Shown here piece by piece: positions 1 through 14,489 of a stretch of DNA of 64,000 nt. Source of the DNA: Octopus sinensis (Eukaryota). The notes under the pieces were generated by a model. That model saw only the letters and a list, made by a program, of their open reading frames with translations, searched no databases and had not been told where the DNA came from. The stretch spans positions 20,026,001-20,090,000 of the forward strand of contig NC_043017.1 of assembly GCF_006345805.1 (NCBI RefSeq), in the 5' to 3' direction. Position numbers and translations under genes: made by a program. The first letter of the stretch is position 1, and every line of letters starts with the position of its first letter.

Positions 1-68
1 ATCTATCTATCTATATATATGTATATATATATATACACATATATATACATACATATATATATATACAT

Positions 69-101
<33 letters not shown>

Positions 102-1194
102 TATATTATATATATATATAGACATAATAAATTATAGATATGTAAATGATGTGTCTCTGTCTAACTTCATGTTTGTGTGTATATATATATATACATATAT
201 ATACACACACACAGAGCTACACTGATATAAAGGGAGGGTGGGAGACAGATGGTAGCATATATCTATATACTGTAATTATGATTCGTATATAATTTATATG
301 CACACACACTCACACATACGCACACACGTGTGTAAATGTGCGGTTGAACGCGTGTGTGAGTGTGTGTGTGGAATGTGCAATGCGTGCACAGTATGTATGT
401 CTATGTGTGCATGTCTGTGTATGTGTATGCATGTATTAGAATGATGAGGTGTGAGAAAAGCTGAATACGTGAGGGACAAAGGAAAGGATCAGTGGGTGGG
501 GAGGGGAAATAAATGTGACAGAGTAAATGATAATTGGATACACCACACACACACACACACCACAGAGAATGATATATAATTACATATATAAATGTATGTA
601 TATGATTGCATATATCAATTTCAACATGTGTGTTTTATATATATATATATATATTATATATAATATATATATATATAAAATATGAATATAAATATATATG
701 TATATATATATATATTATATGCTTATGTGTATATATAATTTGAAAGAAAAAAATGTTGCGAATAATCTAGAATGGAATCTATTGAAATTAAAGGGATGTT
801 GATGCGGGAGGGCCATAGTTGGATTGAAAAGTAAAACAGAAAGTATACACAAGTTTCTTACACACATACAAACAAGCAGACCAACCTACACATACATATC
901 CATGCATAAGCACACACTCACACACACACACATATATGTATAAATATACATGCATGCATATTTACAAGTGCATACATACATATGTATATATATATATATA
1001 AAAAAACTCATATATATACATACACTCATATATATACACACACTCATATATATACATACACATATTCTCATGCACATATGGTATCAGATAAGCTAATGGT
1101 GGATAAAAGTGAGGTGTGGAGATGGGATGGAACATGTTATACAGACACACACATGCATATAACCATGTCTATGTGTGTCTGTGTATATATATAC

Positions 1195-1228
<34 letters not shown>

Positions 1229-1868
1229 GCAGAAATCTATAAAAAAATATAGAAGAGGAAAGAAATTGTTTGGCAACCATAAATAACAATATGAGCATAT
1301 TAATAAAAAAGAAATATTCCACTACATCACCATGTTGCCATCACCAATTCTACCCTCACGCCGACCCCTACCTCACAAGAAAATATCGTAAATAAGGAGC
1401 AGGTGACTAGGAAAGGAATGGAAGGAAGGGCCGGGGACTAAGAAAACAGCAAAAACAAAAAGAAGAAAATAGGGTGTTTAAAGGAGAAGAAAGAATGCAG
1501 AGAGGAGAGTAAGAAGATGGGGATATGATGAGGTGAGGAGAGAAGAGAGAGTTGGAGGGAGGCGGGCGTTAGGCAAGGGGAGACAAGTCAAGGATGGTCG
1601 GAGGAGACATTAATGGGAGACCAGACAAAAGGAAAAAACTGGTAGAACAGAAAAGAAAAGAGGGATTTGGGGAGGGGAGAAAGGCATTTAAAAGGGAGTT
1701 TATATCAAGAAAGATGGGTGTAGGTGTGGGTGGTGGTGGTGAGTGGTGGTGGTGGGAGGGCTTGGAAGGAAGTGGTGGGCAGTGAGTAAGCAGCATGTTG
1801 CTTCTCCTGTGGAAAAGTGGCAATGGGGAAGCCAGCTTGCATAAATGTTTCTATGGGTTCACATAGTT

Positions 1869-1923
<55 letters not shown>

Positions 1924-2234
1924 AACCATTTCTGCTGTTACCCCCACTACTATCTCCACCACTATTTTCAATGCAAGTATTCCCCATACTACTATCACAA
2001 ACACTACAACTAGCAGCAGCACCACCACCACCACCACTACCAACACCGCCACCGCCGCTGCCACCACCACCACTACCAACACCGCCACCGCCGCTGCCAC
2101 CACCACCACCACCACAACTACCTCTACTACTACTGTTGCTGCTGCTGCTGTTGCCCCTTCACTGCTGCTACTGTTGTTGCTACTATTCAACCGTGACAAT
2201 CTTTCAGGCTCCAAGATGCTTGCCCAAAATATTT

Positions 2235-4075
2235 AATCAAACCTCATCTGGCCCAAATTTGCCTCCTGTTTTAAGTTCAAATTAGCCAGGTCTAGCCTTT
2301 CACACCAACCCTACAATGTCATGTCATCCTAAAAATAGACAATGACACCATCAAAATCTCAAAGCTATGGGACCATACATGACTAATTCAAAACAATACA
2401 AATAAATAAGCTTTACATTTGACAGAGTAATTTGAACACCAAAGAGTTAAAATTCCACATGTGGCTCCACATGTGATTGCTTCACAACCATTGAAATGTC
2501 CACATGTTCAATCACAGATCGAACTTCATTTGTTGTTTCGCTGATTGGGATGGTGAATGAGAGGACATCTTTATTCTGATTGTTATATTTACAGTTTATC
2601 ATCAACCCCTTTGGCGCAAACCCACCTGAGACAACTCTTCAGTTCTAGAATACAAATTTCATGTTTTCAAGTAATCAAAGAGATGCAGCATGGATTTTTG
2701 TCAGTGAACAGGTCGCGGTCTTAAAGTGACAAAAATATTTTGACAAATTAAACTTAAATGTTGAAGTGAGTCGAACGGCTTTTGTGTGTTTCTTAAATGG
2801 CTTACAAACGCCTTCCACGCTGCAATTGTTTTCGTTTCAGCGCACGACCTCAGATCAAATCACTTCCTATGCAATTACATCTCCGTAGGTTAAACGCTTC
2901 CATCAAAATTTCATGTTAATTTATACTCCAAGACTATTTTATTGAATTCTTCGTTACTCACACAATTATTTGAACCAAAAGCAGAGTATTTCAAGAAAAA
3001 TATGTTAACAAAAGAGTTAAAATGATCCAAATTAAAAGAGTTAAAATGATCCAAATTAAAAGATTCTATCCAAATTTTACGTTGATTTATGTTCCAAACT
3101 CAGATTAATAATGAAAAAGTTATTTTGCTAAGTCCTTTATTATGTTCCAAATTGAAACACAAATATGGTAACTAAAGGATTGTACCAAACTTTCTGGCTA
3201 GACCTGGCTAATTTGAACTTAAAACAAGAGGCAATCCTTTAGTTACCATATATAAGTTAACAGGGTCCTTCTCTGTCTTTTATAGAATGCCAGACATTTG
3301 TACCAGACTTCCTTGTTTCCTGCTGGCCAACTTAGAAGTTTGTCAACCCTTTGGATATTAATCTACCTGAGACTACATCTGGTTCTATGATACCAACTTC
3401 ATGTATTAAAGTAATCAAAATAAAAAAAAAACCTTCATTCTTAATTACAGGTTCATTTATGTTCCAAACACCAGATTATTAACGATAAAGTCATTTTTAC
3501 TAAATTCTTCATAATTTTCAAATTAAATTGAAATAAGGGCCAATTTAGATAACTTAAACCTTTTCGTGCTTAGATTATTCCGTTAAAAGTAATGTTAACT
3601 TATTCATCTTGATTTTAATTAATCAAGAATTTTCTTGTAACTTTGAGATTTCGAAGAGATGACTGTTTATTTTTAGAATAACATTGTAGGGTTGGAGTGA
3701 GAAGCCAGATTTGACCAATTTGAACATAAAACACCTGGAATAATTTGACCAGATAGGGCTGATTTAAATGCCAAAGTATTAAAGGGATCTGAATTAAAAC
3801 CTTCATTCATAATTTCTGGTTAATTTATGTTCCAAACACCAGATTATTAACGATAAAGTCATTTTACTAAATTCTTCATAATTTTCAAATTAAATTGAAA
3901 TAAGGGCCAGTTTAGATAACTTTAACCCTTTCGTGCTTAGATTATTTCGTTAAAAGTAATGTTTAATGATTAATAACGATAAAGCTATTTTACTTAATTC
4001 TTCATCATTTCCAAAATTGAACAAAACAAAAACAGTGAATTTCAACAAAATTATGATAGCGAAAGAGTTAAAAGG
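2235..4075. mobile_element. Pile of nested or decayed TTAA-MITE fragments
   Basis: Repeated aaagagttaa/aaagggttaa ends and atttatgttccaaacaccag modules. A similar fragment lies at about 25410-25690. Confidence 0.6.
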
Positions 4076-4142
4076 TTTGTTTCAGGTTTGTTGTCACAAA
4101 GTGTTCACCATCAACAGAAACGATTTGATTTCCAAAACGTCT

Positions 4143-4543
4143 CTCTTTACTCTTTTACTTGTTTCAGTCATTTCACTGTGGCCATGCTGGAGCACCACCT
4201 TTAGTCGAGCAAATTGACCCCGGAACTTATTCTTTGTAAGCCCAGTACTTATTCTATCGGTCTCTTTTGCCGAACCGCTAAGTGGACGGGGACATAACAC
4301 ACCAGTATCGGTTGTCAAGCAATGCTAGGGGGACAAACACACACCATACACACATATATATATATATATATACATATATACGACAGGCTTCTTTCAGTTT
4401 TCCGTCTACCAAATCCACTCACAAAGCATTGGTCGGCCCGGGGCTATAGCAGAAGACACTTGCCCAAATGCCACGCAGTGGGCTGAACCCAGAACCATGT
4501 GGTTGGTTAGCAAGCTACTTACCACACAGCCACTCCTGCGCCT
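4143..4543 (-). mobile_element. SINE family A (tRNA-like head, internal (TA)n/(TG)n, tail gaaacaagtaaaagag)
   Basis: Reverse complement of the consensus seen at 60172-60580. About 25 full or partial copies in the window. Confidence 0.9.
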
Positions 4544-4956
4544 GTGTCAATTATTTGTTAATGATATCCATTTGTATGCATTAAAGCCATTTTTTTGTCT
4601 TCAAATTTCCTTTAAGTAAGTCTTTGAATGTCGTCAGTCTCACATGTATCTGTGTGTGTGTGTGTGTGTGGTCTTTCATTCAGCTGTGTGTTAAATCAGA
4701 CGCTTGAGCAAACCAATCATCTTGATGCTTGCATGATGCGACTGGCCTGGCTTGGCCCTGCCCTGTTGGAACTGATGACACGTAATTGTTGGCTTGGATG
4801 CAGGTACAACAACAACAACGACAACAACTGCTGCTGTTTCTGCTACTACTATCAGTCATATAACCACCACCACCACTACTACCACCACCAACCACAACCA
4901 CCACCACCACCACCACCACCCGCCATCACCCACCACCACCACCACCACCATCACCA

Positions 4957-5056
4957 NNNNNNNNNNNNNNNNNNNNNNNNNNNNNNNNNNNNNNNNNNNN
5001 NNNNNNNNNNNNNNNNNNNNNNNNNNNNNNNNNNNNNNNNNNNNNNNNNNNNNNNN
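4957..5056. other. Assembly gap (100 N)
   Basis: Run of exactly 100 N next to a (CAC)n tract. Confidence 0.99.
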
Positions 5057-5177
5057 GGTTGACTTTGCTTTCATCTTTCCAGGGTCAAAAAATCAAGTAC
5101 CAGTGAGACACTGGAGTCAATGTAATCGACTCGCCCCTGCCCGCCAAATTTCGGGCCGTGTGCCTATAGTAGATGAG

Positions 5178-5218
<41 letters not shown>

Positions 5219-5445
5219 TATTATTACTATTATTATTATGTTTTTTCTTCTTTCTTCAAATTTTCTTCCATTTCTCGCCGAGTGTTTTCCATACACCTAG
5301 GGCAGAGAAGCTCATTGTATGCATTCCCAGATTACACTCGCAAATTCACAGACAAAGTATGTATTTAAAAATTAATAAATAAATAAATTCATGGATGGAT
5401 GTTATTTTCACAGCGATAGTGCTCTTATTATTATTATCATTATTA

Positions 5446-5477
<32 letters not shown>

Positions 5478-6340
5478 TTATTGTATTTGCACAGCTTCTA
5501 TCACTGTCAGCTGTTCACTACCTGTGAAATAAGGTAACACCCCTTACTTTTCGAGCACCATCTTTTCAGGAAAAATATTACCTGGCCTGGAAACAGATGA
5601 GGGTTGACAACAAGAAGAACATCCAGCCATAGAGAAATAAAATCTGCATCAATAAAATCCATCTGACCCATTCAAGCATGAAAAAGTGGACAATAAAACA
5701 ATGATGATGATAATAATGAAGATGACACTCTGTTAGTTTAGATATCAAAGGGTGTGAGTTCAAACTCACTTAAGTGCTATTTAAACACCCAGGAATAAAG
5801 ATAGCTGGTCATAATTAGAGGCTGTCTAAAATGATTAAATTGGTGATACGGATATGTTACGATTGATAATGAAGTTTAACAGTCTGTAAAATGAAACTGT
5901 GTGTTATGATACTTTACTCTGGTCTCCGTATGTACATAAGACATTAAATAAAAAAAAGTAAGTTTTAAGTATGGAAAGAAATCAAAGACATAAAGTATTG
6001 TATATGTAATGTTTGTTTTATTTCTAAGACAATAGACTTAAAAACTATGGAACGAACATCAAAGGCACAATATATATTGTACACATAACGGTTTATATTA
6101 TTTCTGAGTTTTGTGATTTGTAAACTATGGAAGAAAATCAAAGACATAATTTATTTGTATTATTTTTAAGACAATTGACTTATAAACTATGGAATGATAT
6201 CAAAGACATAATCTTTTATCGATACTACATATATATATATTATATTATATTATTCAAAAGAAAACTGGCTGATTAATAAATATTTTATTTATATTAAGTG
6301 TCTTTTATACATACACACACATTTATTTAATAACAGTTTG

Positions 6341-6425
<85 letters not shown>

Positions 6426-6467
6426 CACACACACATATATATATACACACACATATATATATTATTC

Positions 6468-6723
6468 ACAGGGAGAATGAAGTGAGCAAGTAATTTTATT
6501 ACATGAATTTACAATTGTTTCATCAATATTCATTTCACGAGAATGGAATTTTATGCATAAATACAAAATATCGATATTCTATTGTATCAGTATAAATGAT
6601 ACCTCAGGAATCTATAGTTGTGTATATTATATAATAAATATAGTAATACTCTTAAGATTGAATATCGATGAAACAATTGTGAATTTATTTAATGGGACGA
6701 CTTGCTTCTTTCACTCACCTTGT
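6468..6723. mobile_element. MITE-like element with about 60-bp imperfect terminal inverted repeats
   Basis: acagggagaatgaagtgagcaag...acaattgttttcatcaatattca versus tgaatatcgatgaaacaattgtg...cttgcttctttcactcaccttgt. Confidence 0.65.
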
Positions 6724-7299
6724 TAATAATTATATAAACTCTATGGATATTTATGGATTTTCAGAAATATGATTTCTAAAATAATCTGGTCTCGGTCTCT
6801 GATTTGAAGTTGTGTCTGATAGCCTGTACCTGTTGATGAACTTAATAAAAGTAAACTCCAGGGTTAACACCTGAATGAAATTGATATTACGAGAGGAAAA
6901 GAGTGAAGGGTAGCTGTATGTAGGATGGGAGAGGCTACAGAAAGAGCTTGCTGGTTATGTGTGTTTATAAATATATAAAGAGGAAGGGCATCGGGCTGTA
7001 GATAATCTGCTGCAATAAATTCCGTCTGACCCATGTGAGCATGGAAAAGTGGACATTAAATGATGATGATGATATATGATGGGCTTCTTTCAATTTCCAT
7101 CTCAGAAACTGAATCACAATGCATGGGTCATCGCAGGGGCTATAGCTGAAAAAACATTTGCTTGATATGCCTCAGTCTAGGATTGAACCTAAAATTACAA
7201 AATTGCAAACTGAGCTTCTTAGCCACATGTTCATGTCTGCACCTAGAAACTTCGAGTAGTCTTAGAATTTTCACAATAACTGTAGAATTTCCTCAGATA

Positions 7300-7738
7300 T
7301 AGGTACAAGAGTGGCTGTATGGTAAGACATTTGCCTTCAAACCATATGGTTCTGAGTTCAGTCCCACCGTGTTGCACCTTAGGCAAATGTCTTCTATTAT
7401 GGCCGTGGGCTGACCGAGTGCATGTGGTAGATGGAAACTAAAGGAAACCCATTGTACACACACACACACACACACACCATACACACACACATGCATATAT
7501 GAGTGTGTGTTTTTGTGTCTGTCCCCCATCACTGCTTCACAAGCAGTGTTGGTGTGTTTATGTCCCTTGTAACATAGTGGTTCGGCAAAAAAGACTGATA
7601 GATTAAGTACTAGACTTTACAAAGAAAACAGAAAAAAATACTGGGATTGATTCATTCAACTAAAAAATTCTTCGAGGTGGTGCCCCAGCATGGCCACACT
7701 CTAATGCCTGAAACAAATTATAAGTAGAAGATAAAAGA
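7300..7738 (+). mobile_element. SINE family A, diverged copy
   Basis: gagtggctgtatggtaag...ccccagcatggcc...ctgaaacaa. A decayed inverted head lies at about 7081-7244. Confidence 0.85.
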
Positions 7739-8359
7739 AGCCCCTACTAAATTCTTTGAACAAATCATAAATTCCATAAACTCAGACAACTGGTAGATAT
7801 TTACACTCCAAGACCCATAAATGGCACCGATGCTCCATTTCTCTCAGAAATTGGTACTTAGAATGTCTAAAACCATTTTCCATGGAACTAGTCATTCCAT
7901 TGTATTAATGTTTCCTTGTAGAATTCACTGACAACTTTTGACTATTTATAAGTCTTCAACCAGGTGTCCTTCTCTAAGAGTTCCACGGTTCCAAAAATTT
8001 TTATTTATTTACTGACTTGCATTTTTTTTTACTAATTTTATTTCTTCTATCATTTTTTTTTGTTTAATTTGTTTTATTTGTGTATTTATTTATGGTTTGG
8101 TTTATCGAGTTTTTCAGTGTGGTGGTCATGGGAGAGTGATTTTTATGTCTGAATCCAAGCAGATATTTTCCACTTGTATTATGAAATAAATAATAAAAAG
8201 AAAAAAAAACCTACTCGACAACAACAGAAAAAACAACGACGATAACAAGAAGAAGAACAACACCAAAATCGATATTAATGAGGCAAATATTGAATTCGTT
8301 TTGTTTTATTTCCTTCAAGTCTTCCTCTTAACAATTGTTTGTATATAAATTGTAGGATT

Positions 8360-8707
8360 TATATACATGTGTGTGTGTGTGTATGTGTGTGTGTGTGTGT
8401 GGTTATAGACGTGTGTGAGTAAATGTAGTTGTGGTTGTATGTGTGTGAGTGTGTGCATGTGTGTGAGTGTGTGCATGTGTGTGAGTGTGTGCATGTGTGT
8501 GGTTGTGTTTGTGTGTATGTGTATATATATATAGTAGTGTGTGTGTGTGCACATAAGGTTGTGTCTGTGTTTGTACGTACATATGACCACATGTAATGTA
8601 TGATATATGTGGTCATATGTGAGTATATATGTGTGTGTGTGGTATATATATATATATATGAACTTGTGGTTATGTGTGTGTGTGTATATATATATATATA
8701 ATATATA

Positions 8708-8760
<53 letters not shown>

Positions 8761-9008
8761 GTACTTGTGGTTATGTGTGTGTGTATACATGTAGCTGTGA
8801 GAGTGTGTACACATGCAGATGTGTGTGTATATAAGTGAATCTGATTATTTGCTTCTGTGTGTATATATAAATCTGTATTTATTATATATGCTTGGGTGGG
8901 TGTCTCTGCTTGTGTGTATGTGTGTGTGTGCATGCATGTGTATCTATCTCTCTATTTGTATGCCTCTCTTTCAATCTATCTGTTTGTTTGACATCTGTAT
9001 GTATATGC

Positions 9009-9066
<58 letters not shown>

Positions 9067-9079
9067 GTCTGTCTCTCTG

Positions 9080-9130
<51 letters not shown>

Positions 9131-10009
9131 GTCTATCTATATCTAGCTATTAATCCATCTATCTATATATTTGCATGTCAGTTTTTCAATCTGTTTGTCT
9201 CTCTCTCTCTCTCTCTCTTCTCCTCTATCTATCTGTCTGTCTGTCTGTCTGTTGGTTCATCTATTTGTATGTCTGCTTCCCAATCAGTATGTCGGTCTGT
9301 ACGTATGTTTGAATGTGTGTATCTATCTGTCTATTCATATGTCGCTCAGTCCCTCTGCCTGTTAGTCTCTCTCTCTCTCTCCTCCCCCTCTTCATCTCCC
9401 CTTCTCTCTCTCCTCCCCACCTCCCCTTCTCTCCCACCCTCTCTCATTATTCATTGTCCCATCGGAGGATAACATAACAAAACTGATTCCAGACAAACAC
9501 TTGTGCAGCCACCAGATCCAATCAATTTTATATTTACAGGGGTGGGCAGCAGGTTTGTGGTTACTTGCCTCTAAAACAGCGATAACCTTGACTCACCCTC
9601 ATTTTTATTAATGAAAACAAAAAAGCAACAAACACAGAAATAAAAAGAAACAAAACACTTAATAACTGCACAAGCGTTTTGCAACCATTTTCTCAATATG
9701 AAATATCTTATATCGTTTTGTATTGCTTGAGATTAGGATTTCTCTGCTGTTCACGGAGGTACTGTTTAGTTCTCAGGTCATCTCTGAGTTCACTAGACCT
9801 ATGGTTAAAGACAATCCAGACGTGACCTGCCTGTCGTAGTCTGTCTAGGAGTACGGTTCACAGCCTTCATCATCATCATCCTCACCAGCATCACCATCCC
9901 CATCACAAACACCATCACCACCACCACCACCATCACCACCATCATCATCACCACCACCACCACCACCATCACCACCATTACCATTACCACCATCACCACC
10001 ACCATCACC

Positions 10010-10043
<34 letters not shown>

Positions 10044-10089
10044 TCCCCATCACAACCACCATCACCACCACCACCACCACCACCACCAT

Positions 10090-10120
<31 letters not shown>

Positions 10121-10850
10121 TAACATCTGTTGTCCATGCTGACACAGGTTGGACGGTTTGACCAGTGCTTAGCGTTACAGCATCTCTGTCTGAAAAGATG
10201 CTGTAAAGTTAAGTGCTTTATGGATGCAAGTCCCTGGGTGACCCTCATAGACCGGCTTTAACTATCTTTGTCTGAATACTCTGCTGCTCTCTAGAACTTA
10301 GACTGTGCCTCTCTTTTGGATTTATGATTTACTGACAAGATGTGTGTGTGTGTATGTGTTTGTGTTGTGAGTGGGTGTATGTGAGAGTGTCTGTGTATGT
10401 GTTTGAGTGGGTGTGTGTGAGAGTGTGTGTGTGTGTGTGTGTGAATGTGTGTGTGAGTGGGTGTATGTGTGTGAGTGGGTGTGTGTGAGAGTGTGTGTAT
10501 ATGTGCGTGTGTATGTGTTTGAGTGTGTGTGTGAGAGTGTGTATGAGTGGTTGTGTGTATGTGTGAGTGTGTGTGAGAGTGTGTGTGTATGTGTGAGTGG
10601 GTGTGTGTGAGAGTGTCTGTGTATGTGCGTGTGTATGTGTTTGAGTGTGTGTGTTTGAGTGCGTGTATGTGTGAGAGAGTGTGTGTGTGTGAGTGTGTGT
10701 ATGTGTTTGAGTGTGTGTGTTTGAGTGCGTGTATGTGTGAGAGTGTGTGTGTGTGAGTGTGCATGCATGTGTGTGTGAGTGTGTATGTGTTTGAGTGGGT
10801 GTGTGAGAGAGAGTGTGTGCATGTGTGTGTGTGAGAGAGTGTATGAATGT
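8360..10850. repeat. Block of (TG)n, (TA)n, (ATCT)n, (CT)n and (CAC/CAT)n microsatellites
   Basis: Visible directly, with short unique spacers. Confidence 0.9.
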
Positions 10851-11345
10851 GTGTGTACTACAGGCTTCTTTCAGTTTCCCTCAACCAAATCCACTCACAA
10901 GGCCTTGGGCTATTAGAGAAAACATTTGCCCAAGGCGTCAAGCACTGGGATTGAACCTAAACTCATAAGATTGGGAAGTAAATTTGTTTCACTGTACAGT
11001 CGTGCCTCTGCACATATATATATGTGTGTATACGTATATACAAAAACACACAAACCTGTAGATGCGTATGTATGTGTGTGCAATTTGTTTTCATGCTTTG
11101 AGATATAATTTCTAGTCATTAACTAAATTAGAATATTCTGCTGGGAAGTTAAAATTAAGTTTTAATTACCTGATGTGCAAAATTAGATTTAAGACAAAAG
11201 AAAATTTATTTATTTTTTCTTTAAATGTCTATTTTCACTCGAAAGCAACAACACGAAGATGACAAGAAAGGAAATACTAGTTAAGCAATCATGTAGGTTC
11301 TAAGAATGAGAGAATGGTAATTCTTCAGAGGGTGATTCTTAGATT

Positions 11346-11603
11346 CATCATCATCATCATCATCATCGTTTAACGTCCGTTTTCCGTGCTAGCACGGGTT
11401 GGACGGTTCGACCGGGGTCTGGGAAGCCAGGAGGCTGCACCAGGCTCCAGTCTGATCTGGCAGTGTTTCTACAGCTGGATGCCCTTCCTAACGCCAACCA
11501 CTCCGTGAGTGTAGTGGGTGCTTTTTACATACCACCGGCACAGGTGCCAGGGGAGTCTGGCAGTGGCCACAATCGATTGGTGCTTTTTATGTGCCACCGG
11601 CAC
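11346..11603 (-). mobile_element. RTE/Expander-like 3' end (family E) with (GAT)n tail and 15-bp TSD
   Basis: gcgttaggaagggcatccagctgtagaaac...ggacgttaaacgatgatg. TSD ggtgattcttagatt at 11331-11345 and 11604-11618. Confidence 0.85.
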
Positions 11604-11994
11604 GGTGATTCTTAGATTGTTCTATGTATAACCATGCAAGGAGTAAAAAATCGTCATGTGGTGAAGAAGTTTGCTTCAGCTTTGAGTATGTGCCTTTTGC
11701 TATTGTCTCAGATGGACCATGGGAATTTGGGAAATGGAAACGGGGACAAAGCTGGTTGTACAGACCCTGACCATCTCCACTGCTATCATCGTCCTTTTAA
11801 GTGTAGGTGTGGCTGTGTGGTAAGAAGCTTGCTTCACAACCACATGGTCTTGGGTTCAGTCCTACTGTGTAACACCTTGGGCAAGTGTCTTCTACGTAAC
11901 CTCAAGCCAACCAATGCCTTCTGAGTAGCTTTGGCAGACAGAAACTGAAAGAAGCCCACTGTGTGTGTGTGTGTGTAAGCAATACATGATACCA

Positions 11995-12290
11995 GAATTC
12001 ACTAACCATTTTTGCCACAGTCACCCATCTTTTCACAAATTCACTGTGAGGTAGAACATCTCTCTCCCCACATGCTCTCCTTTCCAAGTGAAACATAGCA
12101 TAATTGATGAAAGGTGGACCAAAGAGGAAGGTGTCTTTTCTCAATCCTGTCAGCTTCATCCGCCAGAAAACCTCTTCACCATAGCCATTAGACAGAGGAA
12201 CACTGCCTGCCCAGCTTTGTTAAAGGTGGGTGGTGGAGCAGTCCTCATGGTGGATCTGGCTGACAGTCAGATTTGTTCCACATGTAACAA
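11995..12290 (-). mobile_element. Degenerate LINE ORF2 C-terminal fragment, probably L1/Tx1-like
   Basis: Two joined frames give TAPPPTFNKAGQAVFLCLMAMVK/EVFWRMKLTGLRKDTFLFGPPFINYAMFHLERR...EFVKRWVTVAKM. Clade assigned from memory only. Confidence 0.45.
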
Positions 12291-12526
12291 TATTAATATT
12301 AATAATGATAATAATCTTTTCTGCTATAGGCACAAGGCCTGAAATTTGGGGAAGGGATTAAATGAATTACATTAACCCCAGTGTTTCATTGGTACTTAAT
12401 TAATCGACCCCAAAAGGATGAAAGGCAAAGCTGACTTTGACAGAATTTGAACTCAGAACATAGTGGCAGGCGAAATACTGCTAAGCATTTTGCCCTGTGT
12501 GCTAATGATTCTGCCAGCTTGCTACC

Positions 12527-12574
<48 letters not shown>

Positions 12575-12796
12575 GGCATGATAAAAAAATATTCAGACAA
12601 ATACATAACAAAAACACCAGGACTTACAAACACATATAACATACAGAAAATTGTACTACTAGGCACTGCGCACATCCTACCAGAACAATTTCAATACAGT
12701 AACCATCAGAGCATCACAACAAATCACAGCACATACCTAAGGCACACAGAGCTGCGCTCGGTAGTGAAGTGAAAGCACGCTATAAAAATAAAACTA

Positions 12797-12800
<4 letters not shown>
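12575..12800 (+). mobile_element. 5'-truncated R4/Dong-type (restriction-like endonuclease) non-LTR retrotransposon in a (TAA)n array
   Basis: Reads GMIKKYSDKYITKTPGLTNTYNIQKIVLLGTAHIL/RRTISIQ* (one frameshift), resembling the IQK..LLGTA.ILR C-terminal motif. (AAT)n on both flanks. Confidence 0.7.
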
Positions 12801-12843
<43 letters not shown>

Positions 12844-12897
12844 GGTGTTGGGAAGAGATTTATCAAGAGATGGAAACAAAATTGAAAGAAGATAATG

Positions 12898-12933
<36 letters not shown>

Positions 12934-13499
12934 GGTTCTTTATTTTAATTATAGTAATTAAAAAATCTTTGGAAGTATACCAACAAGTAAGATGCATGCA
13001 CAGACATGCATACACTCATACTTGTACACAAACACACAATGGAAGTGTTGAACATGCTGAAAAGTAAAAAAAGAAAAAAAAAACGAATAAAATTATGATG
13101 TTGGAAACTATGAAGCAAGGAACCATTTCCTTCTCAATACTTGATGCCAAACCGAGGAAACCCAAAAATGGAAACATAAAAAAAAAGATACCCTTTATTA
13201 TTTTTTCTCTCTCTCCTCCTTCCATAAAAATCATTAGTAAAAACAAAATAGTCGAAATATTATTATGATGCTTAAGTGCTTCCATATAGAGAGGTTACTC
13301 AGAAGTTACCCAACTGACATGAACAGTTTAGTCATGTTCATCTCCGTGTTGTTCCCGTTGTTGTCGATGTTGTTGTTGTGTTAAAATACAGCTTGAAATA
13401 ATTATATACAAACATTTTACTCTATAATATTTCCATCATCACCTACTCTTCATCACCACAGCCACAGCCTCCACCACATTATTAAGATTATTGTGGCTC

Positions 13500-13915
13500 T
13501 TGTGGGTTTTTCCATGAGGACCTTAAAGCACCTCCCCTATTGGGAGTTTTAATTTGTTTAATTTTTAATTGTTATTTATATTGTTTACATGTAAAACCCA
13601 TTGTATTGTCCCGTTTTTGTCTTTTATGTTGTATGTCAATTAATGTTTTGTATGTGAGCCCTTGTAGCTAAGGTAATATAAAAGGAGAAAGGGGCTCTCT
13701 ACCCCCTTTTTGACCGGGCTCCTGTTGGCTTTTATGGGTTTTTTCCACCAGGAGCCTTTCATAACGCCTCCCCCTATTGGGAGTTTTTCGTTGTTAAACT
13801 GCTTTTTTTACTCGGATTTTACAAACGGACAAAACCCTTTGTAACCTTTCATCCTGTTTTGTCCCTTTATGTGATAATTGATTTTTGTCAGCCCTTGTGG
13901 CCAATAAAAGAATTA
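13500..13915 (+). mobile_element. Two tandem LINE-like 3'UTR ends
   Basis: Both units contain cctcccctattgggagtttt and end in agcccttgt(a/g)gc. The second ends aataaaagaa followed by (ATT)n. Confidence 0.5.
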
Positions 13916-13935
13916 ATTATTATTATTATTATTAT

Positions 13936-14440
13936 TATTGAGTGAGAGAGCAGTGCATGCCGTCAAAGTGACACTGGTGTACACATATACAAAGCCCAAT
14001 ATACCCATCATGACTACCCGGCTGATAAGGGTACACCAGGCACATGCATCACAACCATATGTGCGCGACATGGTGATCTCATATCAAGATAAACAGCGCA
14101 TGACCTTGCACGTAGGGCCCAGTTAGAATTTTCCTCTGGTTGAGTATTCCATCCCGTTCAAAAGGTCCCTGAATAAGGATTAAGAATGCTGAACGAACCA
14201 CCCATGGTTCCAAAGGTAAATTATCCAAACCTCCAAAAATTCCTCGCAACACATGGCTATGATGCTCCCCCACTATATCTGCTTGTGATCAGAGATGCAC
14301 ATATCATCAGCCACTAAGGGACATGCTTAACTGGTTAATGTCAAACAACTGATAAGCAAATCTGTGGTATTGAGCAGAATATTCGCTGTAACCCATCTTC
14401 TATACCAAGACAAAACAATGTACATGATAACACTTCAGCC
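13936..14440 (-). mobile_element. Element F, 5'-truncated copy with (AAT)n tail
   Basis: Shares gagtgagagagcagtgcatgcc...gtacatgataacacttc with 35053-35540. Confidence 0.75.
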
Positions 14441-14489
14441 ACAGAAACCCACGATATACTGAGGAGTCCACAATATAAATTTAAATATA

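Noticed and set aside
1705-2285. Overlapping 139-169 aa ORFs; possible poly-Q NAV exon
   Set aside because: The Q frame is interrupted by TAG repeats and there is no GNLKAILGLFF motif.
6790-6875. Possible minus-strand exon (ttcattcag...CAG|gtacag)
   Set aside because: The phase-1 frame needed after the 73-bp exon has a stop, and other frames do not match NAV.
10291-10822. His/Thr-rich ORFs (also 50955-51539 and 8315-8933)
   Set aside because: Cryptic (CA)n repeats.
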